From an uncultured Acidobacteriaceae bacterium (lineage in GTDB: Bacteria > Acidobacteriota > Terriglobia > Bryobacterales > Bryobacteraceae): 64,000 bases of DNA. Under the pieces are notes generated by a model. That model made no database searches. It worked only from the letters and a program-made list of their open reading frames with translations, and was not told the DNA's origin. The stretch spans positions 347,530 to 411,529 of the forward strand of contig CAVUVF010000018.1 of assembly GCA_963744795.1 (NCBI GenBank). Direction: 5' to 3'. Below, in pieces: positions 13,224 to 24,117 of the stretch. Within the stretch, counting starts at the first letter, position 1. Each line of letters begins with the position of its first letter. The translations under genes were made by a program, and so were the position numbers.

Positions 13224-13721
13224 GTGCTGCGGCTCAAAAGCAACGGATGGGTTCCGAATAACGAACGATTGCCCGTTCTCCTTTACCGGTCGGCGATTGA
13301 CAGCGGGAGTTCCGATCCAGCGTCGGCCTTTGAGGCGCTCTTCACAAAAAACGGCTGGCCGCCCCAATGGCGCGATGGCGTCTACGATTTTCATCACTTC
13401 CATTCGACCGCACACGAGGTGCTTGGTTTTGCTCGCGGGCATGCTCGCCTGATCCTGGGAGGCGAGAACGGTCACGAAGTCGAGGTAAGGGCTGGCGATG
13501 TCGCCCTGTTGCCTGCTGGCACCGGGCACTGCAAGATAGAGGCAAGCGCGGATTTCCTGGTGGTCGGCGCCTACCCGCCAGGTCAAAACTGGGATATCTG
13601 CCGGACGGCTCTCTCAAGCGAAGCCTTGCGGCGTATGCTGAATCTTCCGTTTCCCCATTCGGATCCGGTGGGCGGTTCTGGCGGCGCTCTCACCAATCTG
13701 TGGCACGAAACAAGCGGTTGA
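13224..13721 (+). CDS. Cupin-domain protein (YjlB-like)
   Basis: Intact 165-aa ORF with cupin core [11 protein letters not shown]...[12 protein letters not shown]. Confidence 0.65.
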   Translation: MLRLKSNGWVPNNERLPVLLYRSAIDSGSSDPASAFEALFTKNGWPPQWRDGVYDFHHFHSTAHEVLGFARGHARLILGGENGHEVEVRAGDVALLPAGTGHCKIEASADFLVVGAYPPGQNWDICRTALSSEALRRMLNLPFPHSDPVGGSGGALTNLWHETSG

Positions 13722-13747
13722 TTATATGATGAGCCATTCGGTGCATC

Positions 13748-14493
13748 TTGAATTCACTTCGATTTCTTCAACCACTGGCTCTACTTGTTCTCGCATCCTC
13801 CTCCCTGGCGTTTGCCGTTGATATTCCTCCCCATGAGACTCCCATCGCCCTCTTCAACGGCGGCGATCTGAGCCAGTTCGATACGTTCCTGAAGACCAAG
13901 GGATTGAACTCCGATCCGGATCACGTGTTTAAGGTCGAGGACGGTGTCATTCACGTCTCGGGAACCGAGATGGGCTACATCATCACGAAGCGATCTTTCC
14001 AGCATTTCTATCTCAAGGCCGAATTCAAATGGGGCGAGGGCACCTTCCTGGAGAAAGTCGGGCAGGCTCGCGACAGCGGCATCCTTTTCCACATACAGGG
14101 GCCCGACAAGGTTTGGCCGCGCTCGGTCGAATTTCAGATTCAGGAAGGCGGAACGGGAGATTTCTGGATGACCGATGGTGCTGCGGTCACCGGAATGGAT
14201 GGAAAGCGAGTCACGGGACCAGCCGGCAAAGCAATACGGATCGATCGGATCGGTAAAGGCCCCTGGAAGGATGCAACCGGTTATCGTGATCCCGTTGGCG
14301 AGGTAGAAAAACCGCGCGGCGAATGGAACACTGGTGGAGTTGGTGACCGAGGGCAACGAGATCCGGCAATATGTGAACGGCAAACTCGCCAACAAGGGAA
14401 CGGATCCCTTTCCCGGCCGAAGGCAAGATTCTGTTCCAATCGGAAGGCGCCGAACTGTTCTTTCGGAACATCGAGATAGCTCCCTTGCGCTGA
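13748..14493 (+). CDS. Secreted DUF1080 (3-keto-disaccharide hydrolase-like) protein, frame break near 14340
   Basis: Signal peptide plus FKVEDGVIHVSG, FYLKAEFKW, SGILFH and EFQIQE. After a frame shift the C-terminus reads GKILFQSEGAELFFRNIEIAPLR, with the stop at 14491-14493. Confidence 0.75.
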
Positions 14494-14554
14494 GTCCGCG
14501 GTAGGCAGACACAGCAAGCTTACTCGTCGGCTCCTATGCTAGTTTGTGAGCTAA

Positions 14555-15234
14555 ATGCGTAATTTCACAGGGTGGACTACTAGTGTTCTCTTTGCAGCCG
14601 CTGCGGTTTGCTTGTACGCGCAAGCGCAGCCGGCGCAAGAGCCGCCTAAAACTGCTTTACAGCCGACGAAAGCCGAGGGAACTCCTCCGCGATCAGGACC
14701 AACCGAGTACCAGACGCACGCGAAGGTCGGCGACCTGACGATTGCGGCGGACTTTATGGGCCACTCCGTTCCGACGCCGGAAGCGACCCTATCGACAGAC
14801 GACTACGTTGTGGTGGAAACCGCGTTTTTCGGGCCGCCCAATGCGAAGCTCAAACTTTCGGTCGACGATTTCACGCTCCGCATCAACGGGAAAAAAAAGC
14901 CGCTCGCCAGCCAACCATCCGAGCTCGTTTTCAAGTCGCTGAAAGATCCGGAGTGGGCTCCGCCCGAACAGAAAGAGAAGAAGTCGAAGACCAGCTTTGG
15001 CGGCGGTGGAGATACGGATACAGTTCGGCCCAACTGCCGCCGAAGGTGCCGATTGAGCTTCGTCGCACCATGTCGCAACGTGTCGAAAAGGCCTCGTTGC
15101 CGCAAGGCGAACGCGCTCTACCGCAAGCTGGCTTGATTTTCTTCGATTACCACGGCAAGGTTGCGAGCATCCGTTCGCTCGAACTCGTCTATAAGGGACC
15201 GGCCGGCGAAGCGACCGTTACCCTCACGCCGTAA
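14555..15234 (+). CDS. Hypothetical secreted protein, frame break near 15000-15030
   Basis: Signal peptide (VLFAAAAVCLYAQA). ORFs 14555-15136 and 14953-15234 are collinear. No family recognised. Confidence 0.45.
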
Positions 15235-15244
15235 TCTCTGCTTC

Positions 15245-15749
15245 ATGCAAGATGCGAACTATTGGATCGACAGCCTGAAGCTCGAACCTCATCCGGAGGG
15301 CGGATTCTTTCGCGAAACATACAGGTCGCAGATGTCGCTCCCGAGATCTGCTCTTCCGCAATCCTTCGGGGGCGCCCGAAGCGCTTCAACCGCCATTTAC
15401 TTTCTCCTGCAAGGTGACGATTTCTCGGCCTTTCATCGCATCGCGTCCGACGAGATGTGGCACTTCTACGCCGGCAGCTCGTTATCGGTTCATGTCATTG
15501 ACTCCGAAGGTCAGTCGAGCGAGATTAAGCTGGGCCCGAACTTCGATCGATGGCGAGGTGTTTCAGGCGGTTGTGCCCGCGGGTTGCTGGTTCGGTTCTT
15601 GCCTCACCAAACCTGACACGTTCGCTTTGGTAGGTTGTACCGTGGCTCCCGGATTCGACTTCACCGATTTCGAGATGGCTGATCGATCTTCGCTACTGAC
15701 CGCGTATCCTCAACATTCGGCTCTGATCCGAAGGCTGACTCGCAAGTAG
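15245..15749 (+). CDS. DUF985 cupin-superfamily protein, frame break near 15560
   Basis: LEPHPEGGFFRETYRS, IYFLL...FHRI.SDEMWHFY and VGCTVAPGFDFTDFE are characteristic of DUF985. ATG at 15245. Confidence 0.75.
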
Positions 15750-15761
15750 AAGGAGATTGGC

Positions 15762-16130
15762 TTGACTGCCGAAGATTTCCGCCGGATTGCTTTGAGCTTT
15801 GAGGGTGCAGAGGAAAGTTCGCATATGGGTTCGCCTGATTTCCGTGTCGGGGGCCGCATCTTCGCAACCCTTGCTTCACAAGCGCAGGGATACGGAAACC
15901 TGATGTTCTCACCAGAACAGCAGAGCGATTTCGTGGCTGAACAGCCGGATGTGTTTCTGCCGGTTGCGGGAGGGTGGGGCAGAATGGGAGCTACCCATGT
16001 CTGCCTTGCCAAAGTCAACGAAGATGTTCTGAGAGGCGCTCTCGAGGCGGCCTGGAGATTACGCCGGAATAAAAACGTGCAGACGGGCAAGAAACTTCCT
16101 GGAACTGCAGGACGCCGCCCGAAGCGTTAG
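15762..16130 (+). CDS. MmcQ/YjbR-family protein
   Basis: Intact 122-aa ORF (TTG start) with ALSFEGAEESSHMGSPDFRVGGRIFATL, typical of YjbR. Confidence 0.65.
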   Translation: MTAEDFRRIALSFEGAEESSHMGSPDFRVGGRIFATLASQAQGYGNLMFSPEQQSDFVAEQPDVFLPVAGGWGRMGATHVCLAKVNEDVLRGALEAAWRLRRNKNVQTGKKLPGTAGRRPKR

Positions 16131-16378
16131 CTTCGACGCGTTTGCCGTAACCGGCCAATGAGAAACCACCGATGATTTTGGCGCGAGATGGCGATCTTAC
16201 GTTTCGCATCCCACACTCCGCTCACAAGCTGCATTCTGAACAAAAAACTTGGCGTTAGACGAGCCCGATCACGCAGATTTCACGCTTTAACAAAGTGAGG
16301 ACATGAAATGTGTCTTCGTGCGACGCTCACGTCAGCCTCTGAGTTCTGGCCCGTGCGTTCCCCTGAAAGGAGCTTCAA

Positions 16379-17206
16379 GTGTCATCGACTGCTCTCGTCT
16401 CCTCTAATTCGTATGTCCTCGCAACCGGTGCGGCGGCAGCTCGCCGGCTTCACGTGTTGCACAACATTTATTCGCCGGCAGGGAAGCGTATTCTCCTTCA
16501 GGCCGGACTCGCTGAAGGGATGAGGGTTGCTGACTTTGGTTGCGGAGTTGGTGTCGTCACTCAAATGCTCGCTCAGATCGTCGGGCCTTCTGGATCCGTC
16601 ACAGGCATCGATGTGAACGGAGCACAACTCGAACAGGCGGCCGAATTATGTGCTAAAGCAGGCCTCAAGAACACCCGGTTTGTGGAAGCCAGCGCGGAGT
16701 GCACGGGCTTGCCGCGAAACTCCTTCGATCTGGTCTACTGCCGCTTTCTGTTGCTGCACTTGCCTGACCCGGTCTCGTGTATTCGCGAGATGAAAGCAGT
16801 ACTCAAGCCCGGCGGAATCATCGTCGTTGAGGACGGTGATCTCACTTCCGCTACTAGCGTTCCGCGTGGCCCGAGTGATGCGTTTGCAAAGTTGTTCGGG
16901 CGACTCGGTGCCGCACGCGGATTGAACTACTCGCTAGCCACGAATCTGTATCATATGGTCAAAGCCGAAGGCTTTAATGCCGTTAACATCGAGATTCATC
17001 AGCCGGCCATCATTGACGGAGAGAATCGTTCGTTTTTAAAGTGGAGCGTTGAGGAAGCCGGACCGGCTTTGTCGGAGGCAAGAATCGCTTCTCCTGTTGA
17101 GCTCTCAGAAACGCTCGCTCAAATGCAATCGGCGGTCGACGACCCCAATGTGCTTATCCTTGCACCCCGTATGTCTATCGTTTGGGCTAGGAAGCCGAGC
17201 AACTGA
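16379..17206 (+). CDS. Class I SAM-dependent methyltransferase
   Basis: Intact 275-aa ORF. Motif I is VADFGCGVGV and the post-I/II region reads FDLVYCRFLLLHLPDP...LKPGG. Confidence 0.8.
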   Translation: MSSTALVSSNSYVLATGAAAARRLHVLHNIYSPAGKRILLQAGLAEGMRVADFGCGVGVVTQMLAQIVGPSGSVTGIDVNGAQLEQAAELCAKAGLKNTRFVEASAECTGLPRNSFDLVYCRFLLLHLPDPVSCIREMKAVLKPGGIIVVEDGDLTSATSVPRGPSDAFAKLFGRLGAARGLNYSLATNLYHMVKAEGFNAVNIEIHQPAIIDGENRSFLKWSVEEAGPALSEARIASPVELSETLAQMQSAVDDPNVLILAPRMSIVWARKPSN

Positions 17207-17285
17207 GGGCTGTAAGCAGTTCGATCGAGCCAACAGTCCCGCGAAACATTTGCTAGTTCCCACGGCACCACGCCTCCGGCCCTGG

Positions 17286-17308
17286 TCGCGACTTACCGGG
17301 TGTCGCGA
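17286..17308. terminator. GC-rich hairpin between convergent genes; possible bidirectional terminator
   Basis: TCGCGAC (17286-17292) pairs with GTCGCGA (17302-17308) around a 9-nt loop, followed by TTGATAATT. It lies between the stop of 16379-17206 (+) and the stop of 17363-18091 (-). Confidence 0.3.
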
Positions 17309-17362
17309 TTGATAATTATGCTTAGGTCTGCAAGCGCCGATGTGGGTAGACCAACCGGCGAC

Positions 17363-18091
17363 TCAAGCAATCCGCGTCAGATCACACGATGTACGTGCAA
17401 CGCCGCAATGCGGATCCCTATTCTTCAACTCAATCATGATTGCTTCAAACGGAATGTCCTGCAGATTGTCCTCTTTGTGCGTCACGGGGCCGCTGAACGA
17501 TGCATCGCCCGTCTTGTGCTTTGCCTCCTGAACCTTCCCGTCGGACGAAGTCATTCGAGTATCCTGATCGCTCAGATTCACAACAACACGATTCACTGTG
17601 TGCTCATGCTGGGGAACACCTGAATGTGCAGGCATCTTCACACGGACAACGCGTACCTGATCGTTTTCGAACTCCAAATGATAAGTTTTCGGCGCAACCT
17701 TGAGCGGGTCGAGAGCGCCCGTTTGTAGTTTGCCCGGCTTGCCCTCGTTCTTGAGCTCGACTTCGATGATAGTAAGCGGCTCGTCGCTCGTCACCTCAGA
17801 AGTGTGGCTGGCGACCGCCTTGTTGAATTGGACTTCTCCCTTCTTCAGCGTCACGGTTGTGGCCGTTCCACCTTCCGGCTTGATCTCCTGCGTGCCCTCC
17901 GAAAGGTAAACCATCACCCGGTTCAGCTTGTGAGCGTGCGGCGGGTTCTTGACGTGCGGCTTGTCGACTGCCTTCAGAACGCGAACTTGATCGTTGTCGA
18001 TAAGTGTCTGGGTCTGAGCCGGAAGAAGTGATGCAGCGAAGAAGAAGGGTAGAGCGGCGCAGACGGCTCTGGACGAACTTACTTTGGGCAT
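17363..18091 (-). CDS. Secreted protein made of two cupin-like repeats of about 95 aa
   Basis: Signal peptide. Repeat 1 is LIDNDQVRVLKAVDKPHVKNPPHAHKLNRVMVYL...IIEVELK. Repeat 2 is LEFENDQVRVVRVKMPAHSGVPQHEHTVNRVVVNL...IMIELK. Confidence 0.55.
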   Translation of the reverse strand: MPKVSSSRAVCAALPFFFAASLLPAQTQTLIDNDQVRVLKAVDKPHVKNPPHAHKLNRVMVYLSEGTQEIKPEGGTATTVTLKKGEVQFNKAVASHTSEVTSDEPLTIIEVELKNEGKPGKLQTGALDPLKVAPKTYHLEFENDQVRVVRVKMPAHSGVPQHEHTVNRVVVNLSDQDTRMTSSDGKVQEAKHKTGDASFSGPVTHKEDNLQDIPFEAIMIELKNRDPHCGVARTSCDLTRIA

Positions 18092-18133
18092 TCGTACAGC
18101 ATATATCCTTGCCGGACCAATGGCGCTGTTTAC

Positions 18134-19110
18134 TTAGCTGGCAAAGCTCCGTGCGAGACGGTCAGAAGCGGTCGGAGACGCCCATTCTCTTGTGACGCGC
18201 ACAGAAGCGGCTTCGAGCGCCATGACCACCACGGCAATCCACAACACATCAGCAAGAAACAGATGGATCATCTGCATCGCAATCGGGGCAAGAAGCGCGA
18301 GGTTTACGACGCCTGCAAGGATTTGCGCGAGCACGAGTACGATGACCCAAATGCCGGCTTTTCGAGAAGGAGTGTTTTCCTCTCCCTTCAGAAGACTGGT
18401 AGCAGCCCAGAGCAAAACTGCCGCCCCGGCCAGCGCCACCACCGGATGGAACAGTACGCAACCGTAACAGCATGCTCGACGCGCTCGAAAGATCCTGCTG
18501 TAAACCTGCGGCAAGCGAAGCCGAGGGAAACAATGTGTCGCCCAAGGCGGCAATGGCGCCAGTGATAGAAACCACGACCGACGCAACGATTGCGGCTTGG
18601 AACTTGCCGCTAAGCCTACGCCAGGGTGCAGTAGCCAAGCCAGTTCCCGCGAGCCACGCTGTGGTCGTTAGAGCACCCAGCAGAAGCATCGTGTTCGTCA
18701 GATGAGCGGAGAGGTAGATTGCGCGGCCCGCGGATTGATCATGAGCAACATACCGGAACAACACCAGTCCGGCTCCCAGAAGCGCCTCGATGAAGAGAAA
18801 GATCAATGACAAGCTCGCGTACCTTCGCACGCCGTGGCCCTTCGGGAAAGGAACGGAATGCCCAAACGCAAAGGAGGATTGCCCCGATCGTGTCAACGCT
18901 CGTCATCATGCGATGCGTAAACTCGATGGCCATAGGAGCAGCCATATGTTGTGGAATCACCTGGCCCGCACAGAATGGCCAATGGGCGCCGCAGCCATCG
19001 CCCGAGAACGATACGCGCACGTAAGCGCCCCAGAGGATGACGGGGATGTTAAAGGCCAACAGCGCCCATGCGAAGATCGCGAACCCCTTGCGTCCACTCG
19101 TCCTCGTCAT
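18134..19110 (-). CDS. ctaA: Haem A synthase (COX15/CtaA family), frame breaks near 18890 and 18590
   Basis: ILWGAYVRVSFSGDGCGAHWPFC, EFTHRMM and MQMIHLFLADVLW, with multiple TM helices across ORFs 18739-19110, 18249-18896 and 18134-18586. Confidence 0.75.
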
Positions 19111-19658
19111 TTTTCATTCGCCCGTAAACAAGCTACTTGCAGAATGGCTGCCGCGCTGCAAACTTCCGTGATCCGGTTATCAAGCACCATCTGCACCGCT
19201 TCTTTAAACGGCTTCCAAGCCACGGTAATATCCTCTTCCGGGTCGAGGTTCATGCTGGCCTCGCACGACAGGTCCGTAGCAAGGAATAGGGTTTGTACGT
19301 CGTTCGCAACACCGTTGCATACGTCCACAGCTCCCAGCCGGCGCCAATTCGTCGCGGTCACGCCGGTTTCTTCCACCAGCTCCCGCTTCGCTACTTCGAG
19401 CATATCCGTTTCGTGCGGATGAGAGCCGCCGCGCGGGATCTCCCACGAATAGCGGTCGACAGAGTAGCGCCATTGTCCGACCAGAACGATACGGTCCTCT
19501 CGATCGATAGCGACTACGCCTACCGACGGCCAGATCTCGATGACGCCATAGATTCCCGGGTTACCGTCCGGGCGAATCACCTGGTCTTCACGAACGCGGA
19601 TCCAGCGATTCTTATAAACCTCTCGCGAGGATTTCGTCTTCCAGGGACTAATGGGCAA
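19107..19658 (-). CDS. NUDIX hydrolase (ADP-ribose pyrophosphatase-like)
   Basis: Intact ORF with a Nudix box-like segment, GGSHPHETDMLEVAKRELVEETG. Its stop overlaps the ctaA start by 4 nt. Confidence 0.8.
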   Translation of the reverse strand: MPISPWKTKSSREVYKNRWIRVREDQVIRPDGNPGIYGVIEIWPSVGVVAIDREDRIVLVGQWRYSVDRYSWEIPRGGSHPHETDMLEVAKRELVEETGVTATNWRRLGAVDVCNGVANDVQTLFLATDLSCEASMNLDPEEDITVAWKPFKEAVQMVLDNRITEVCSAAAILQVACLRANEK

Positions 19659-19663
19659 AATGC

Positions 19664-20650
19664 TTATGCCGCTTCCTGACAGATGCCGCCGAGGACATCG
19701 AAATCAACGTTGCCACCCGAGATCAATACGCCTACCGACTTGATCTCGGACGGAAGTTTGCGGTGAAGCACCGCCGCAGCACCCACTGCGCCGCTTGGTT
19801 CAGCCACGATTTTCATCCTCGATAACAGGAACCTTACGGTCGCTTTGATCTCCTCTTCCGTTACGGTTAACACTTCCTGAACGAGATGCTGAACGATGGG
19901 AAATGTGATCTTCCCCGGAACAGGTGTCCGAAGGCCATCGGCAATCGTCGGCGGTGGCGCAATTTCAACCCTTTCTCCCCGCTGGAGGCTCTGATACCAA
20001 TCGTTTGCCACTTCAGGCTCAACCCCAAAGACCTTGATGCCGGGCCGCAGCTCTGCAGCCGCGATGAGAGTGCCCGAGAGCAGCCCGCCTCCTCCGAGGG
20101 GAACCGCAATGCCTTCGAGGTCCGGGTGCTCGCGCAGCAGTTCGAGCGCCGCTGTGCCCTGCCCGGCGATAACCCACGGATGATCGTAGGAAGGCAAAAC
20201 GACAGCGCCGGACTCTTTCGCTATGCGGGCTGCGATCTCTTCCCGGCTTTCTTTCTGCCGGTCGAAAAAGATGATTTTCGGACCGTAAGCCTGCGTTGAT
20301 TCCACCTTGGCTTTAGGCGCGTCGGTCGGCATCACGATGGTCGCCGCAACGTTCAGGTAAGCCGAAGCGATTGCGACCGCTTGCGCGTGATTACCGGAAG
20401 AAAAGGTGACCACACCGCGCTTCCGCTCCTCCGGACTCAATGCGAGAAGGAAGTTAGCAGCGCCCCTGATTTTGAACGCGCCGCCGCGCTGCAGGTTCTC
20501 ACATTTGAAGAAAGCTCGGCTCCCGGCCGCCTCATCAAACAGCCTTGAGGACAAGACGGGAGTCTTTCTTGCGAGCGGCTTGATGCGTTCCGCCGCTGCG
20601 AGAATGTCGTCGAATGTGACCGCCTGCTGGATTTCAGTGGAAGCTGTCAC
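19664..20650 (-). CDS. PLP-dependent threonine/serine ammonia-lyase (threonine dehydratase-like)
   Basis: Intact 328-aa ORF with the PLP-lysine context FKCENLQRGGAFKIRGA, SSGNHAQAVA and the Gly-rich loop PLGGGGLLSG. Confidence 0.85.
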   Translation of the reverse strand: MTASTEIQQAVTFDDILAAAERIKPLARKTPVLSSRLFDEAAGSRAFFKCENLQRGGAFKIRGAANFLLALSPEERKRGVVTFSSGNHAQAVAIASAYLNVAATIVMPTDAPKAKVESTQAYGPKIIFFDRQKESREEIAARIAKESGAVVLPSYDHPWVIAGQGTAALELLREHPDLEGIAVPLGGGGLLSGTLIAAAELRPGIKVFGVEPEVANDWYQSLQRGERVEIAPPPTIADGLRTPVPGKITFPIVQHLVQEVLTVTEEEIKATVRFLLSRMKIVAEPSGAVGAAAVLHRKLPSEIKSVGVLISGGNVDFDVLGGICQEAA

Positions 20651-21636
20651 GTTAGTAACCTGCCTTCTTGTCCACGACGTTCATGGAGTTCTTGTCCTTT
20701 GATGTAACGCCGGAAGTTGTCGACAAATGCCAGCACTGTGGAGTCCAGCCAATCTGGATTGCGAGTGCGGTCCGTGCAGTGAGGAGAAATCAGCACGTTT
20801 GGCATGTCCCATAAAGGCGAACTCTCGGGCAGCGGTTCGTGCTCGAAGACGTCGAGTGCTGCCGCAGCGATCTTCTTCGTCTGCAGTGCCCGGATGAGGG
20901 CCGCCTCGTCCACTACCGGTCCGCGCCCTACGTTGATGACGATCGAATTGGGTTTCATAGCAGCGAATTGGGCATCGCTCAACATGTGGTGCGTCTCGGG
21001 TGTCAGGGGAGCCGCGGCCACCAGCACGTCAAGCTCGGACAACATCTCATTCAGAGCCGATGAAGGAAAGATGCGATCCAGCAAGTGGATCGTCTGCGGA
21101 GCGCTCCGGATTTCGTCTGGTAGCGTAGATCTTCATGCCAAGAGGCTTGGCGAGCAAAGCGCACTCGCGGCCGATCTCGCCATAACCGACAATCCCCAGT
21201 ACTTTGTCTGGGAGCTGGTCGACCATAAAGTCGTCCCATCGCTTCGCCCGTCTGGCTCTCGACCAGCCGCCGGACTTCTTTGTAGAAGTAAAGCATTCCC
21301 AGCACGGCAAACTCGGCGAGAGGGCGCTTGAAAACGCCGCGCGCGTTTGTCACGATAATCGGACTGTCGATGAGCTCGGGAAAGAGGAGTTTCTCCACAC
21401 CCGCGGAAAGCGAATGGATCCAGCGTGCGTTTTTTACGAGCGGCCAGATATCGGCAAACGGAATCGCTCGCCCGACGATGCCCGAATACAGAACTATCTC
21501 TGCTTTCGCGGCATGTTCGGACAGGGACGCGACATCGTTCCCGATAACGAAATTGCCTTGATTCTTTGATCGGTTCGAGGTTTCTCAGCGCGTAGTGGTC
21601 GGGTGAGCAAACGACGAGCACGTTGGGTTTTGGCAT
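20647..21636 (-). CDS. D-isomer-specific 2-hydroxyacid dehydrogenase, at least 3 frame breaks
   Basis: NAD-binding GIVGYGEIGRE, NVGRGPVVDE and DVFEHEPLP...PNVLISPH across ORFs 21133-21636, 21051-21398, 21047-21310 and 20647-21084. Confidence 0.8.
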
Positions 21637-21728
21637 GGGCAGCGGGGACAGACCTCATTTTACGAAACCGAGCCCATTTGAGCCACGATTCGTAAGCTGT
21701 ATCTGGTAATTCGCCTTAAACTAGAAGT

Positions 21729-22370
21729 GTGGAACCTCGGTGTACCTGCGGCGCTATCCTGGTGGACGGCGCTCGTTTTTGCCATAAGTGCGGAAAGCCT
21801 CAGTTCGAAGAGGATGTCGTCCGCCTGAACGAGCTTGCGCAGGCCTCGGCTCCGGCCCAGGCGCCCCTGCAGCCGCCAACACTAGACAGCCCGCGGCCGC
21901 CGCTCGCTGGCATCTCTTTCCGGAATTCACGCGCGGTTGTAATCAGCCTCCTGGTCGCGGCAGGCGCCATGATCTGCTTTTTGCCCATCGCGCTCGTGGC
22001 TGCGCCGCTCTTTCCCATCTTCCTGTGCGGAGTAGGATTTGTGGCTGTTTACCTCTATCACCGTGGCGCTAAAGAGCCGCTCAGCACCAGCGCAGGGGCT
22101 CGGCTTGGTTGGATGACGGGTCTTTGGATCTTCCTCGTAACGGCCGTGTTGCTGGCCATGACTGCTCTTGTGATCGCCAGTCCAGCGGGTTGGGAACAAT
22201 TGCGGGCCGCCTGGTCGCAAGTGCCGCAAACAGCGAAGCTTCTGGATCTTTCCCAACACGATCTGCTCGTCCAGATGCTTGTCATGTTGCCCTTTTCCTT
22301 CCTGTTACTGACGATGCTGCCAGGCCTCGGAGGCATTTTAGGCGCGAAACTTTCTGCCCGCCGGCGCTAG
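21729..22370 (+). CDS. Zinc-ribbon membrane protein (hypothetical)
   Basis: GTG start. N-terminal CTCG...CHKCG zinc ribbon followed by 4-5 hydrophobic helices. Confidence 0.5.
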   Translation: MEPRCTCGAILVDGARFCHKCGKPQFEEDVVRLNELAQASAPAQAPLQPPTLDSPRPPLAGISFRNSRAVVISLLVAAGAMICFLPIALVAAPLFPIFLCGVGFVAVYLYHRGAKEPLSTSAGARLGWMTGLWIFLVTAVLLAMTALVIASPAGWEQLRAAWSQVPQTAKLLDLSQHDLLVQMLVMLPFSFLLLTMLPGLGGILGAKLSARRR

Positions 22371-22453
22371 TCCTTTAAGAGTCGGCGCAGTATTGACGGC
22401 GCCAGTCTCGCCCTGGGAACTCGGCTCCACTGCTACCCTGAATTCCGAGTCGA

Positions 22454-23400
22454 ATGAGTAAATCGATCCTGACATTGACGGTGAACCCGGCGCTTGACCG
22501 GATTGTTACTGTAGACCGGCTCGTTTTCGAAGATAGGGCTTACATCTTGTCTACGACCGAGGCTGCGGGCGGCCGGGGGATCAATGCGTCGCGTGTTTTG
22601 ACCAGTTTCGGCGCCCGGAATCTTGCAATTACTACGTCCGGCAGGGAAGTCGGAAGAAAGTTCGAAGAGCAGCTTGCGGCAGATAGCTTCGAGAAGGAGA
22701 TTGTGAAGATTCGGAGCAATATCCGAATCAACCTGACGATCTCTGATCGCCAGGGCCTCTCGGTGAAGCTCAACGAACTGGGACCAGCGCTCTCTAATCT
22801 GGAGCAGAACCGGATCGTCAAGACAGTCGAGAAGTTGCTCCCCGACTCTTCCTGGCTGATGCTATGCGGGAGTCTTCCGCCGGGCGTGGATTCTCATCTC
22901 TATACCAAGCTGATCCGACTGGCGGAGAAGCACGGCGTGGAGACCTTGCTCGATACGGACGGCGATCCTCTGCTGCATGGGCTCGAGGCTAAGCCGACCA
23001 TCGTTAAGCCGAATCAGTCCGAAGCAGAGCGGCTGTTGAATACGGCTCTGATCACGCGCTCTCAGACTCATCGATGCCGTCCAGCACATCAAAGCGCTCG
23101 GACCGAAGTCGGTCGTGCTTTCGCTCGGCAGCCGGGGCGTGATCGCCTCTACCTCGACGCGAAGGTATTCTCGAAGTAATTCCGCCCTCGATCGAAGCTG
23201 TTTCTCCGATCGGAGCCGGAGACGCTATGTCCGCCGCGATTGTCTGGGCCTTACAGAATGGAGAGTCATTTGGAGAGGCTTTGCGATGGGGAGTAGCGGC
23301 CGGCACGGCTGCTGCGAAGCTACCGGGCATCACGCTTGCCAACTCTTGCTCAGGCAAAGGAAGTCTACCCGCTTACGCAGCTGACGCGCATCATCGTCTA
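22454..23400 (+). CDS. 1-phosphofructokinase-family (PfkB) sugar kinase, frame breaks near 23060, 23180 and 23340
   Basis: LTLTVNPALDR, GGRGINASRV, KPNQSEAERL and PIGAGDAM. The reconstructed C-terminus AQAKEVYPLTQLTRIIV ends at TAG 23398-23400. Confidence 0.8.
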
Positions 23401-24117
23401 GTCGTACTTTTCGTAGATAATCTGCTTGCGCCCGAGCCCTTTCGCTTTTAGCTCGGCCCGGACCTCGTCGACCATCTCCTGCAATCCGCAGATGTAGACC
23501 TCTACCGTGTCGATTTCTTCAGGTGTACGCAGAGCCAAGGCTTCATCCAGGTGGCTCTGCACGCGCCCGGTTCTGCCGGTCCACGAACTGTCAGGACGCG
23601 TTACTGTCGGCATGAACTTGAAGTTGGGATATTGCTCGGCAAGTTTCTCGAACTCTTCGCGATAAAGCAGACCTTCGGGATAGCGCACGCCGAACAGAAG
23701 TGTCACGTGCGGGTGAGTTCTCGGCAGATGATCCAGAAGCATCGAGCGAAACGGCGCAACACCCGTTCCTGTTGCGACAAAAACCGCCCGGTGGCCCGGG
23801 TGCCGAAGCGTGAAGTAGCCGAGTGGCTCGCTGAATTCAACCTCATCCCCGGGTTTCAGCTCGAATAACTGGGGAGAGACCAAGCCGTCCGGCACACGAT
23901 TCAGGCAAAGCTCAAAGCGGTTGCCGTCGCGGGGAGAAGCAATCGAGTAAGCCCGCGTGATTTCTTTCGGACCTTTCTTCTCCACGACAGACACGAACTG
24001 GCCCGGCGTAAACGTCAGTTTGTCCGCGCCGATAACTTCAAATTCAAAATGATGGACCTCGGGCGCAAGTTCCGTTTGGCCGAGTAATCTAGCCTTCAGC
24101 GTTTCACCTCTACTCAT
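23398..24117 (-). CDS. Ferredoxin-NADP reductase-type FAD/NAD(P)-binding oxidoreductase
   Basis: Intact 239-aa ORF with FAD motif RAYSIAS and NAD(P) motif VATGTGVAPFRSM. Confidence 0.85.
   Translation of the reverse strand: MSRGETLKARLLGQTELAPEVHHFEFEVIGADKLTFTPGQFVSVVEKKGPKEITRAYSIASPRDGNRFELCLNRVPDGLVSPQLFELKPGDEVEFSEPLGYFTLRHPGHRAVFVATGTGVAPFRSMLLDHLPRTHPHVTLLFGVRYPEGLLYREEFEKLAEQYPNFKFMPTVTRPDSSWTGRTGRVQSHLDEALALRTPEEIDTVEVYICGLQEMVDEVRAELKAKGLGRKQIIYEKYD

Noticed and set aside
13514-13532. Sigma-54 -24/-12-like TGGCAC elements (here, and at about 50897-50912 and 57145-57160)
   Set aside because: All lie inside coding sequences, and their -12 elements are imperfect or mis-spaced (ACTGC, TTCC).
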